In this document: piece by piece, positions 51,007 to 60,500 of the stretch
How positions within the stretch are numbered: the stretch's first letter is position 1
How the letters are laid out: every line of letters begins with the position of its first letter
Source: an uncultured virus (IMG/VR IMGVR_UViG_3300036466_000576)
Lineage: Duplodnaviria > Heunggongvirae > Uroviricota > Caudoviricetes
IMG/VR virus record: IMGVR_UViG_3300036466_000576
DNA: 64,000 nt
Reading direction: 5' to 3' (one strand)
Translations under genes and position numbers: made by a program
Notes under the pieces: model-generated
Databases searched by the model: none
Told to the model about the DNA's origin: nothing
What the model saw: the letters and a program-made list of their open reading frames with translations, nothing else

Positions 51007-51453
51007 TTAATAGCGAGGATTATTGCTTATATTATTTAATATATTCTGATATTGATCATTATCCACTTCAACCTCATTTTCTTTCTCTTCTTTTTTTTTC
51101 TTCTTGGTTTCTGTTTTAAAATCAAAAGGATTTGAAAATTCTTGTTGACTAAAATTAATGTTATTTTGATTAAAAATATTATATAACCCCTGCAATAAGC
51201 TATTTAAACTTTTATTGTTTTTATCTGAAACTTCTTTTAAATCATTTAAATAATTCATTAGTTTAAGTTGATTATTTTCTATTTTTTCTATTCTAGTTTT
51301 TAATTGATCCTGTTCTAATGATCGTTGCAAGATTATTCTTAATGCTTTCGATCTGTTTTTCGTATTGTGAATTGCCTTAATTTCTTGAATGTGATTTATT
51401 AACTCTCTATCTCTTCCCTCATTTAATCTAAAAACTACATTCAATTTTATCAC
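51007..51453 (-). CDS. ParR-like adaptor with RHH-like N-terminus
   Basis: KLNVVFRLNEGRDRELI...RSKALR; overlaps the ParM-like gene stop. Confidence 0.7.
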   Translation of the reverse strand: MIKLNVVFRLNEGRDRELINHIQEIKAIHNTKNRSKALRIILQRSLEQDQLKTRIEKIENNQLKLMNYLNDLKEVSDKNNKSLNSLLQGLYNIFNQNNINFSQQEFSNPFDFKTETKKKKKEEKENEVEVDNDQYQNILNNISNNPRY

Positions 51454-52517
51454 CCAACCTGTTTTTTCATTACATTTAAATAAGAAAGGTATCCTTTTGC
51501 ATTTGAAAATTGTGGTTCTTCTAAAATGTTAAATATTTTATAATGTTTTTTAAACTGTTTTTTTAACTCTTCTTTTAACAAAATAGAACCTCCACCAGTT
51601 AAATAAATACCTGTAAATTCCCTCAAATCATCTTTCCATAAATTTTGAATTTCAGTAGCCAACTGTTGAGTAATAACTTTAACTTGATGATCAATATTTT
51701 CTTCTAAATTTATTTTTTTGCCATCTAAAATTAGATATCCTTTTTGAACATACTCTTCAATTTGTGCTAAATTTTTGTCAAAATTTAGATCAGAGTTTTT
51801 GAGATACTGCTTTATATTTCTATAAATATCAGAAACACCTATTTCAATTGTTGAAGATAGATTTTCTATAAAACTCAAATCTTTTGTTACAACTAAATCA
51901 GTAGTTCTATATCCGATATCAATAATAGCTACCTTATCTTGCAGTCTTGCAACATTATCCTGTTTAACCTTTCCATTTAAATAAAAAACTTCTGAATATA
52001 AAGCTGCTACTGACTGTTGAATAACACTAATTGAATTGATCACAATTTTCTTTTTAACAGAAATACCTTTTTTGTTATCATAAATTTCTATATAATGTGT
52101 ACCATTAAATAACTCTTTAATTCTACCAGCCAACTTTAATTCGGTTAGTGGTAATCCCAACATTAAATCTACTCGAACTTCATTGCTTGTTGCAAGAAGT
52201 CCAATTGCAGTTAGCCCTAAAATAAGCTCTGATTTATCACCTATCCGCTGATTAGTTAATAGGTTATCAACATTTCTTCCTTGATCAATTGCATATTGTC
52301 CTACATAAAATTTTTCGTTTTTAAATTCAACTTTTAAGTTCTTTACAGCAGAACTTGGCTTAAAAGATTTAGAATTGCCTCCTACAACGGACATTTTTTG
52401 GAAAATTTCTGTTCCAACTTCAAAGACAATACTTGGGAAAACAAATTTTTTCCCATTATTTGCAATAGCCTTTACATTTGAGAAACCTAAATCTAAACCA
52501 ATTTCTAATAATTCCAT
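51450..52517 (-). CDS. parM: ParM/StbA-family actin-like partition ATPase
   Basis: IGLDLGFSNVK, LGLP, IIDIGYRTTD, LTGGGS, PQFSNAKG. Confidence 0.92.
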   Translation of the reverse strand: MELLEIGLDLGFSNVKAIANNGKKFVFPSIVFEVGTEIFQKMSVVGGNSKSFKPSSAVKNLKVEFKNEKFYVGQYAIDQGRNVDNLLTNQRIGDKSELILGLTAIGLLATSNEVRVDLMLGLPLTELKLAGRIKELFNGTHYIEIYDNKKGISVKKKIVINSISVIQQSVAALYSEVFYLNGKVKQDNVARLQDKVAIIDIGYRTTDLVVTKDLSFIENLSSTIEIGVSDIYRNIKQYLKNSDLNFDKNLAQIEEYVQKGYLILDGKKINLEENIDHQVKVITQQLATEIQNLWKDDLREFTGIYLTGGGSILLKEELKKQFKKHYKIFNILEEPQFSNAKGYLSYLNVMKKQVG

Positions 52518-52535
52518 ATATACCACTCCTTCTTA

Positions 52536-52626
52536 TTTTAGTATTACATTTTGTATTTATTTTTGTATTAAGATAAAGCAAAAAAAATACCCAAATCCCC
52601 TAAATTAAGAGAATTATTTGTATTTA
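52536..52626. repeat. 12-bp-period direct repeats, candidate parC/operator
   Basis: GTATT cores at 52541, 52553, 52565 and 52620, each preceded by a T-tract. Confidence 0.45.
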
Positions 52627-52807
52627 TTAATTAATTATTTTATAATTACATTATATATTAATTAATTTCCATTGTCAACCAATTATGCTAATAAATTTTA
52701 TTATGATATTATTTTATTATAAAGAATATATTTGACATATAATTCCTTAAGTGCTATAATTATTTTATATTATAAATCTAAACTAAGAAAATAGGGAGTG
52801 AAAATTA

Positions 52808-53407
52808 ATGAGAAAAAATAACAAATTAATAATTTTGATGATGATAGGATTTATTATTTTCAGTGCAGCAGGTAATGTTTTGGCCAATTCCATAATTGTT
52901 GGAGAAAAAGAATTAGAAATACCCGAAGGATGGCTTATTATTAATGCAGAAAACCAAGAAGAAGCATTTAAAGAGTTTCCATATCTTGAACAGCTAGGAG
53001 AATTTAGTCTAATTATTTTAAAATCAAGTAATAATGAGAAATACCAAAGAGCTGTTCAAAATGAAAATGGGGAAGAAATTGTGGCAAATTATCCAGCTTA
53101 TATTGTAATAAAGCAAATGGAATATGATAATAGTCAATCTAAAAATAAAATTGTATCTATTCCTATTGAAGGATTAAAAAAATCGGTTAAGCAAACTTAT
53201 CAAAATGTTATTGTTCAACCTGAAGAAAAAATAACTGTAGATGGAGAGCCTGGATACAGAATGGATTATCAGGTTGGACATATGGATTTTAAAAATATGT
53301 TTTATACAATTGATGATTCAAATGTTGTAGCGTTAATTAGTGTTTCAACAATTAAACAAGAAGCTAATAAAGAAATTGAAAATATTTTAAATGTAATTGT
53401 TCAATAA
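52808..53407 (+). CDS. Secreted PsbP/DcrB-like protein
   Basis: Signal peptide; LEIPEGW; ITVDGEPGYRMDY; promoter TTGACA-17-TATAAT at 52732-52760. Confidence 0.65.
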   Translation: MRKNNKLIILMMIGFIIFSAAGNVLANSIIVGEKELEIPEGWLIINAENQEEAFKEFPYLEQLGEFSLIILKSSNNEKYQRAVQNENGEEIVANYPAYIVIKQMEYDNSQSKNKIVSIPIEGLKKSVKQTYQNVIVQPEEKITVDGEPGYRMDYQVGHMDFKNMFYTIDDSNVVALISVSTIKQEANKEIENILNVIVQ

Positions 53408-53462
53408 TTAAACATTGTGAACTCCTTAATGGAGGTTCACATTAGGATAAGGAGGATATTTA

Positions 53463-54041
53463 TTGTTTAAAAAAATATTAATCATATTATTTATACTTAT
53501 TATTATATGTATAGGAATTTTCGGTTATTATTATTATCAAAATAATTCAAATGAAGGTAATTTACAATATGTTCAAGTTGAAAGTGGAGAAAGAATTTTG
53601 ATGCCTAAAGATTGGGTTTTTACTACTGGAGATGATGCAGGAAAAGCATTAAATATTAAAAACTATAAAAAAATAAAACCAATATTTTTTGCAAGTGAAC
53701 AAAAAAATAATAGTCAATCTTTTTATTATATAATAAAAGAAGAATTAAATGGTACATTATCTAAAGAAAATATTTCAAAAATGTTGAAAGATACCGTAAG
53801 TGCTGAAAGAAAGAATGGATACAATGTTAATATTATCGATAAGGGTATTATAAATAATGAGACAAAAGGAAATCTTGAAGGCCAGTTTATTATATATGAA
53901 GTAAACAATATATATAAATTTATTGCCTATTTCCATAATAGAAACAAAGAATTAATTACTTTTACCTCTTATTTACATGAAAATTCTTATAATAGAAACA
54001 TTTCTTTAATCAAATATATTGCTTTAAAAAATAAATATTAA
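53463..54041 (+). CDS. Membrane-anchored PsbP/DcrB-like protein
   Basis: N-terminal TM; ILMPKDW; LEGQFIIYE. Confidence 0.6.
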   Translation: MFKKILIILFILIIICIGIFGYYYYQNNSNEGNLQYVQVESGERILMPKDWVFTTGDDAGKALNIKNYKKIKPIFFASEQKNNSQSFYYIIKEELNGTLSKENISKMLKDTVSAERKNGYNVNIIDKGIINNETKGNLEGQFIIYEVNNIYKFIAYFHNRNKELITFTSYLHENSYNRNISLIKYIALKNKY

Positions 54042-54044
54042 CCA

Positions 54045-54078
54045 AAAAAGACTACATTATTAAAAATGTAGTCTTTTT
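54045..54078. terminator. Bidirectional intrinsic terminator
   Basis: AAAAAGACTACATT / AATGTAGTCTTTTT. Confidence 0.85.
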
Positions 54079-54488
54079 TAAATTAATAAAAATTTTTTTA
54101 TTAAGCTTTTATTAGATTCGATGAAGATATCAAGTTGTCTTAAAACTATTAATCCTGTAACTCCTTCATAATAAAAATTACATTTAAATAAACTTTGATT
54201 TAAAAATTTAAACAAATTTAAACTATCTCCCAATTTCTGATCAATAAAAATTTCAATATTTTCTAATTCGACATCTAAAAAGAAAAATTTAATAACAAAT
54301 GAATCATGTTTTTCATTGTAGTTTAATCTGCCTTTATATTTATTATTTAAATTATTAAAAAAATCTAAATAAACAAATTCTTCAGGAATAAAAACCTGGA
54401 ACACATATTCATCATCAATTATTTCTAATTTTGGTTTGAAAATAAATTGATTTTTATTTTTTTGCAGTAACACATATAACACCTCCAC
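54078..54488 (-). CDS. Hypothetical protein
   Basis: Begins immediately after the RHH-like gene stop. Confidence 0.65.
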   Translation of the reverse strand: MEVLYVLLQKNKNQFIFKPKLEIIDDEYVFQVFIPEEFVYLDFFNNLNNKYKGRLNYNEKHDSFVIKFFFLDVELENIEIFIDQKLGDSLNLFKFLNQSLFKCNFYYEGVTGLIVLRQLDIFIESNKSLIKKFLLI

Positions 54489-54632
54489 TTATTCTCCAAA
54501 TTTTTCTTTCAATAAGTTATTAACTATTTCATTAAAATTACTATCATCCAATAACTTCATTTGAATATAAACTTTTAATACAACCTCATCAGGTATTGAA
54601 ATGGTAGTCCTTTTCCTTTCTTTGCTAGCCAT
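54489..54632 (-). CDS. 47-aa ribbon-helix-helix-like regulator (not in ORF track)
   Basis: MASKERKRTTISIPDEVVLKVYIQMKLLDDSNFNEIVNNLLKEKFGE; RBS GGGGGT; own promoter. Confidence 0.75.
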   Translation of the reverse strand: MASKERKRTTISIPDEVVLKVYIQMKLLDDSNFNEIVNNLLKEKFGE

Positions 54633-54648
54633 AATTACCCCCACTATT

Positions 54649-54703
54649 TATGTCAAGACATATAATACGATTTAATTATACAACTTTTTTATAATATTGT
54701 CAA
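54649..54703 (-). promoter_or_regulatory. Promoter with downstream palindromic operator
   Basis: TTGACA (54698-54703), 17 bp, TATAAT (54675-54680); TATGTC-AA-GACATA at 54649-54662. Confidence 0.8.
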
Positions 54704-54744
54704 ATATTACAAAAAGGACACTGAAAGTGCCCTTTATTAATTCA

Positions 54745-55080
54745 TTACTCTTCATTTGTAGTAAAAAATTCTTGCCAAACCTTATTTAAACCCCAGACAA
54801 TATTATTAGCGTCAATTGGATTAATATTATGCTCTGTAAGTTTAACAAATAAATATTCTGGATCATTTAATGGGGAAATAAATATCCCTAAATCATGGAA
54901 AGGAATTGTCAATATTATTTGATTCTGATAAATATTTAGTATTAAAAAATATGACATTCCCCTACCTGAAGATATGTTTAGAAAAAGATGTTTTTTTTCT
55001 TGATCCATATCCGAAATTTCTATCTTATTTATCCATTCTCCACCCGATCCATTAACTTTATATTCAAATTCTGTTGCCAT
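54745..55080 (-). CDS. Hypothetical protein
   Basis: RBS AAGGAGGG; promoter TGGTATAAT. Confidence 0.7.
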   Translation of the reverse strand: MATEFEYKVNGSGGEWINKIEISDMDQEKKHLFLNISSGRGMSYFLILNIYQNQIILTIPFHDLGIFISPLNDPEYLFVKLTEHNINPIDANNIVWGLNKVWQEFFTTNEE

Positions 55081-55228
55081 ACTATTATCTCCCTCCTTAT
55101 TTATTTATGTATTATTATACCATTTTTTCACATTATATTCAAATTTACATTTTTACTTGCAAATAATGTAAATTTTAGATATAATTATAACATATTAATA
55201 AAATAAGACATTTAAGGAGGTAATAAAT

Positions 55229-55855
55229 TTGAAATATAAGAACTTTATAGTATTTGAAGGCTTAGACAAAGCAGGTAAATCCACATTAATTAAAAAAGTT
55301 CAAAATGAACTAACTGAAAAAGGAATAAATGTTGCAACTTTACATTTCCCTACTGAAAATAACAATCCTACGAACATATTTGGGAATCTAGTACAGGATT
55401 TTTTACAAAATAAAATTTACACTAATCAACAAGAGTTAATTTATCATATATATGCTAATGATAGATTAGAACAAAAATCAAATTTAGAGAATTTATTAAG
55501 CGAACACGATATTGTTTTATGTGATCGTTATATGTACTCTAATCTTGCATATATGGGGGTTAAAATGCAGAAGGAAATGGATTATATGGTTAAGTATGGT
55601 TATAATTTGGAGTTCAAAATAAACCAAATTCCAGAGCCTGAGCTGATATTCTTTTTAGATACTAAAGAAGATATTTTAACAGCTAGATATGAACAAGAAA
55701 AAGACACAGCAGATGTTTTAGAAAAAGATAGACGGTTGCAAAAAAAAGCTAGACAAAACTATTTAGAATTAGAAAATTTAATTGAAAACTACTATGTATT
55801 GTCAGACAATGATACTAAAAGGATAATAAACAAAATAAAAAAAATATTAAATTAA
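55229..55855 (+). CDS. tmk: Thymidylate kinase
   Basis: FIVFEGLDKAGKST, YANDR, VLCDRYMYSNLAY, PELIFFLD. Confidence 0.93.
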   Translation: MKYKNFIVFEGLDKAGKSTLIKKVQNELTEKGINVATLHFPTENNNPTNIFGNLVQDFLQNKIYTNQQELIYHIYANDRLEQKSNLENLLSEHDIVLCDRYMYSNLAYMGVKMQKEMDYMVKYGYNLEFKINQIPEPELIFFLDTKEDILTARYEQEKDTADVLEKDRRLQKKARQNYLELENLIENYYVLSDNDTKRIINKIKKILN

Positions 55856-55869
55856 AAGGAGAGATAAAT

Positions 55870-57051
55870 ATGAAAAAATTTAAAGTAGAAACAAGATCAT
55901 TATATGATGCTGTTAATTTTGCAAGTAATTTTGTTGCTAAAAATCCGATTATTGAAATCACAAAAGACTTATTTTTGGAATTAAATCCAGATGATAAAAT
56001 GTTAACGGTTTTTGGAACAAATCTTCAGGAAGGTGGATATATCAACTTTGAAATTAAAGAAATTACTGGCTTTACCAACAAAACAAAATTTCTTCTTCCA
56101 AAAAAAATTTCAACAGTATTAAAAACTATCGATGATATAGACATTGAAATCGAACTTAAAGAGATTGATTCAAGAATTTCGGAGGTTATATTCCATACAA
56201 AAAAATCTAAGTTCAAATTTCAACAAAATGTAAATGGAGATGAATTCCCCACTCTTGATGATTATAATGAAACTAATTTTGAATTAAATCTTTCATTTAA
56301 AAAATTAAACAATGCTTTAAGCGAAGTTTCATATTCTACTGCAAAACAAAATAATGGAGATTCTCCTGCTTTGGAAAATGTTTATATTAATTTAATTAAA
56401 AGTAAAAATGAAGTTGAATTGGTCGCAACTGACGCATATAGACTTGTTTGTATAAATTTCAAAGAAGAAACAATAGAAGAAGATTTAAGTTTTTTTATAA
56501 CTCCAAATATTGCTTCTGTTTTACAAGAATTTAAAGTTGATGAAGAAGATAGTTTGAAAATTAAACTGATTAAACAAGGGGTTAATGTTTCAAAAATATT
56601 TTATAAGCATAAAAACAAAACAATATTTAATCAAAATATTTCAGCCAAATTCCCAAATTATAATTTGGTTTTAGACAATAATAATCCATATAAAACTGAA
56701 CTTTCAATTAATATTAAGGAATTAAAACCTCAATTAAAGCGAATTAAAAGTATTTTAGATATCTATAATGAAAGTGATATCGTTCAACTCTGCATCAGAA
56801 ATAATGAAGTAAAGCTTTTAAGAGAACAATCAGATACACATATTATAGATGAAATATTAGATATAGACTATAATTATGAGCAAGATATTAATATTCATTT
56901 TTCAATATCCTATTTAATGGATTTAATAAACAATATTAATGAAGAAAATTTTATAATGAAAATTGAAAACCCATTAAACCCTTTAAGAATAACAAAAGAA
57001 AATAAGAACAGATTTCTTAGAGGCTTAATTATGCCAGTTAGATCAAGCTAA
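55870..57051 (+). CDS. dnaN: DNA polymerase III beta sliding clamp (divergent)
   Basis: GTNLQ, DEFP, LVATDAYRL, KFPNY, YLMD, LIMPVR. Confidence 0.9.
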   Translation: MKKFKVETRSLYDAVNFASNFVAKNPIIEITKDLFLELNPDDKMLTVFGTNLQEGGYINFEIKEITGFTNKTKFLLPKKISTVLKTIDDIDIEIELKEIDSRISEVIFHTKKSKFKFQQNVNGDEFPTLDDYNETNFELNLSFKKLNNALSEVSYSTAKQNNGDSPALENVYINLIKSKNEVELVATDAYRLVCINFKEETIEEDLSFFITPNIASVLQEFKVDEEDSLKIKLIKQGVNVSKIFYKHKNKTIFNQNISAKFPNYNLVLDNNNPYKTELSINIKELKPQLKRIKSILDIYNESDIVQLCIRNNEVKLLREQSDTHIIDEILDIDYNYEQDINIHFSISYLMDLINNINEENFIMKIENPLNPLRITKENKNRFLRGLIMPVRSS

Positions 57052-57057
57052 AAATCA

Positions 57058-57089
57058 ATAACCCCCACAAAATTAATTGTGGGGGTTAT
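57058..57089. terminator. Bidirectional intrinsic terminator
   Basis: ATAACCCCCACAA / TTGTGGGGGTTAT. Confidence 0.85.
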
Positions 57090-57110
57090 CTTTTTATTTT
57101 AAGATTTTTA

Positions 57111-58745
57111 TTAGTCTATATTAACTTGATAATTAACACTTACCTGTTCTAAAACTTTATACCAATTGGTTTTTTGATTAAACCATGTGTCTTGATAATC
57201 ATAATAATCTTTTACATTAATAGCAATACCATTATTATTTTTATAAGTGAATTTATCCTGATTTGGGTTTACACCATCATAATATAAATTTTCAAAACCT
57301 TTACTATAGTTTTGATAAACAACTATATTGTTTAAAACTCCATAAGCTTCTGAGGCTTTATCTGCGATAATTGAACCGTATAAGGAAGGATTATCTCTTA
57401 AATATCTTAAAATTCCCATTAAATCTTTTCCTTGTATTTGTTCAAAATCTAAAGAAGAATCAAAATAACTTTGTATATTTTCATGAGACTTTAAAACATA
57501 ATTTTGAAATTCAGTCCTTATACTTGAGTTTGCAAGAAACAAAGTATTTAATTCATTTGAAATACCTGAGAATATATCTACAAAATAATTTACTTCTTTT
57601 ATATCATATACTGCTTTAACAGATGGGTAAGAACCATAACTATTATTATCTAAACTTTCAACATAATGATCAACATATTTTTTAGAAATTGTTTTTGGAT
57701 CAAAAATGCCACTACTAATATCTCTCATTACATCTTTATGAACATACATATCTGTAGTATATCCAAAACTAGGAGATGCCAATACATAATCAATATTGTC
57801 TGGAAAATCACTTATAACCTCTATCTGTCCCATATGACAGGCAGACATATTAAATATTTCTATATTAAAACCAATGTTATAAAAAATATCATATATGTCA
57901 AAAGAATCCAAAGTGAAATCCACATTTATAGAACCTTCAGCTTCCAATTTATCTGCATAAGCTGTATCAGCAGCTAACCAATTTTGAGAAGTGCCAGGAT
58001 TCCCCGTAAATGCCCATCCATTTCCATGTGATTGAATTGTAACCATTGTTCTTTTAGCAGGAAATTTATCATGGATCTTTTTTATTTCTGTCCTATAAAA
58101 ACTAGGATCTGAAAAATTGATAATACCGTAATCCTTAATTTCTACTTTTCCATCGCCTGTTAAATAATATGCTTTATGACTTTCTACACCATCTTTATAT
58201 TTTCCATGAATTATAAAGAAATTCAAGTGATTTATATTGTTTTTATAATTTACAGTTTCTAAAAAATAACTTACAGCTTCATCTAAACTTGAACTCTTAT
58301 CAGAAATAAACATTATTATGTTCCATTCTTTTTCTATTTCCTGTTTGTTAATGTTTATTGTTGAGTTTGTTTGAACAATAATATTTTCGCTCCAAACAAA
58401 ATCAGGTTCATTGTTTTTGTCTTTATCTATAACAATATTAACACTATACTGATAACCAGAAATTAAACCATTAGATTTAAAATAGCCTTCATTATTGGTA
58501 TTATATATTACTCCATCTATCTCAACACTTACTCCTTCAGCTCCTCTAACTCCTTTATCTTCTTCAAGGGTATATCCTTCAGCAGTTTCAAATACATAAC
58601 CATCAATATAACCAAGTTGTTCATTTTGTACTTTATCAACTTCATTATTGCTACTACCACTACCACCACAACCACTTAATAAGATTAAACTAAAAATCAT
58701 TAAAAAGGTTAGTATAATTTTTTTTCGTGTATTAAATTTTTTCAT
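57111..58745 (-). CDS. Lipoprotein with clostripain-like (peptidase C11) domain
   Basis: Lipobox LSGC; FPAKR..IQSHGNGW (His); MSACHMGQIEV (Cys). Confidence 0.85.
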   Translation of the reverse strand: MKKFNTRKKIILTFLMIFSLILLSGCGGSGSSNNEVDKVQNEQLGYIDGYVFETAEGYTLEEDKGVRGAEGVSVEIDGVIYNTNNEGYFKSNGLISGYQYSVNIVIDKDKNNEPDFVWSENIIVQTNSTININKQEIEKEWNIIMFISDKSSSLDEAVSYFLETVNYKNNINHLNFFIIHGKYKDGVESHKAYYLTGDGKVEIKDYGIINFSDPSFYRTEIKKIHDKFPAKRTMVTIQSHGNGWAFTGNPGTSQNWLAADTAYADKLEAEGSINVDFTLDSFDIYDIFYNIGFNIEIFNMSACHMGQIEVISDFPDNIDYVLASPSFGYTTDMYVHKDVMRDISSGIFDPKTISKKYVDHYVESLDNNSYGSYPSVKAVYDIKEVNYFVDIFSGISNELNTLFLANSSIRTEFQNYVLKSHENIQSYFDSSLDFEQIQGKDLMGILRYLRDNPSLYGSIIADKASEAYGVLNNIVVYQNYSKGFENLYYDGVNPNQDKFTYKNNNGIAINVKDYYDYQDTWFNQKTNWYKVLEQVSVNYQVNID

Positions 58746-58790
58746 ATTTTTTCCTCCTTTGGCATATTTTATTATATCTATTATATTATA

Positions 58791-60251
58791 TCATATTTTA
58801 TTTGTTAGATGATAATTTTTTGATTTTTTTAATTCATAAAACAAAATTAATATATTAAAGTACCAAAATAAATATCCATATTTATAGTAAAAACTTTGAT
58901 TGTTAATTATATTGATTTTACCAGTTAAAACTTCTCTAGTATATTTATCTAAAATTCCTTTTATAATTCCATTTTGATTAATAATCACAGAATATCCCCA
59001 ATTATCTGCAACCACAATGTTTTTCTTAAAAGAAATAGATCTTAATATATATAATTTTAACATTTCATCTGGAAGTTTATTTTTCCCAAGCATATTATTA
59101 TTACTTAATACTAATATTGCACCATTATTTTTTAAATCTTTTTTCATTAAATTTTCAAACAAACCTTCATAACATATTAACATTTTATATTTTTTAAAGT
59201 CTGTGTTTTTTTCTTCAAAAAATCTCTTTACATAATTTTTAAAAGAAGTTTCATATTGAGGAACCATTAATCTTTTATTATATCTATACACATAATCTTT
59301 TTCTGTTTTGTTATAATAAACTAAATAATTATCTATAATATCTCCTTTTTTAGAAGGGGAATCAGTTACTCCTACTATCAAATCGCTATTAAACCTCTTT
59401 GATAATTTAGGCAGCTCTTCATTTAATATATCGGGAAAATTTTTAAACAACCTCTCTGCATCAGCACTTTTATCTTTTTTTATTGTCGCTTCAGGAAATA
59501 TGATAATATCTGACTTTTTATTTTCAAGTAAATCTTCATAAAACAACATTAACTCTCTTGCTTCTACTGGTCCTCCAAAATAATAATCTTTGTCCTCATT
59601 ATTGAGAGCTGTCTGAACAATAGAAATTTGTTTGCTCTCATAGTTTTGACGATTCTCATATTCCAAATAAAAATATCCATAACTTATTATTAAACAAAAA
59701 ATTAAACCAAAAAACAAAACATCTTTTAAATTATCTTTTTTTATAATAAATCTTGTGATTAGCAGGTTAAATAGAATTATAATAAAAGTAATACCCGAAG
59801 TGCCAAATAAAGAAGCAAACTGTTTAAAATATGTCCCATTAACAGTAAAAAGAGACATTGAATAAAAAGGCAAAAAGTCAATTAATATTTTTTCAAATAA
59901 AACCCATACTACTACAGGTAAATAAAAATTCGATCCTATTGTTTCATATGAGAGATATAAGACTAAATATAACCATGTTCCCATAAACAAATATATTAAA
60001 ATATATAACTCAGTATTAATTTCAGTAAATCCATACAAATAAGAAACCATAAAAGTTAGTGAAAAAGAAAAAAGTTCTAACTTAATTGTTTTATTAGAAA
60101 TTGAACTGTTATAAATATAGTAAAACACAGGAACAAAGGAAAACCAGATTAAACCATGATAATCTTTAAACTTTAAAAAATATATAATAAGCCAGGCATA
60201 AAAAATAAAAAATAAATTATATAAAATTTTTCTAGAATATTTCTTTAACAT
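58791..60251 (-). CDS. lnt: Apolipoprotein N-acyltransferase
   Basis: Multi-TM N-terminus with QFASLFG; nitrilase triad FPEA / YNKRLMVP / ICYE; C-terminal SFYYKYG; start moved to ATG after AAAGGGGGT. Confidence 0.88.
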   Translation of the reverse strand: MLKKYSRKILYNLFFIFYAWLIIYFLKFKDYHGLIWFSFVPVFYYIYNSSISNKTIKLELFSFSLTFMVSYLYGFTEINTELYILIYLFMGTWLYLVLYLSYETIGSNFYLPVVVWVLFEKILIDFLPFYSMSLFTVNGTYFKQFASLFGTSGITFIIILFNLLITRFIIKKDNLKDVLFFGLIFCLIISYGYFYLEYENRQNYESKQISIVQTALNNEDKDYYFGGPVEARELMLFYEDLLENKKSDIIIFPEATIKKDKSADAERLFKNFPDILNEELPKLSKRFNSDLIVGVTDSPSKKGDIIDNYLVYYNKTEKDYVYRYNKRLMVPQYETSFKNYVKRFFEEKNTDFKKYKMLICYEGLFENLMKKDLKNNGAILVLSNNNMLGKNKLPDEMLKLYILRSISFKKNIVVADNWGYSVIINQNGIIKGILDKYTREVLTGKINIINNQSFYYKYGYLFWYFNILILFYELKKSKNYHLTNKI

Positions 60252-60500
60252 TTCAACCCCCTTTCTAGTTATCATTTTTTATATGACTATATGTATCATA
60301 ATTTAATATTTTTTACAATAAAAGTATATAAATGTTTGAATACTATTTAATTTATTCATTAAAAAAGCCAACAAAAGAGTGCTGTTGCTACATAATACTC
60401 GATATCATCTATTAACGAGGTTTTCCCTCTTATCTAAATCTAAATGCGGTTGGTTCAGAATTAAGAAAGCTATAAAATGATTAAAAATTACTTTATTTTT

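Noticed and set aside
60413..60445. GAGG..CCTCT..CTAA resemblance to a preQ1-I riboswitch
   Set aside because: Loop too short, lacks the conserved loop sequence, and faces no gene on that strand
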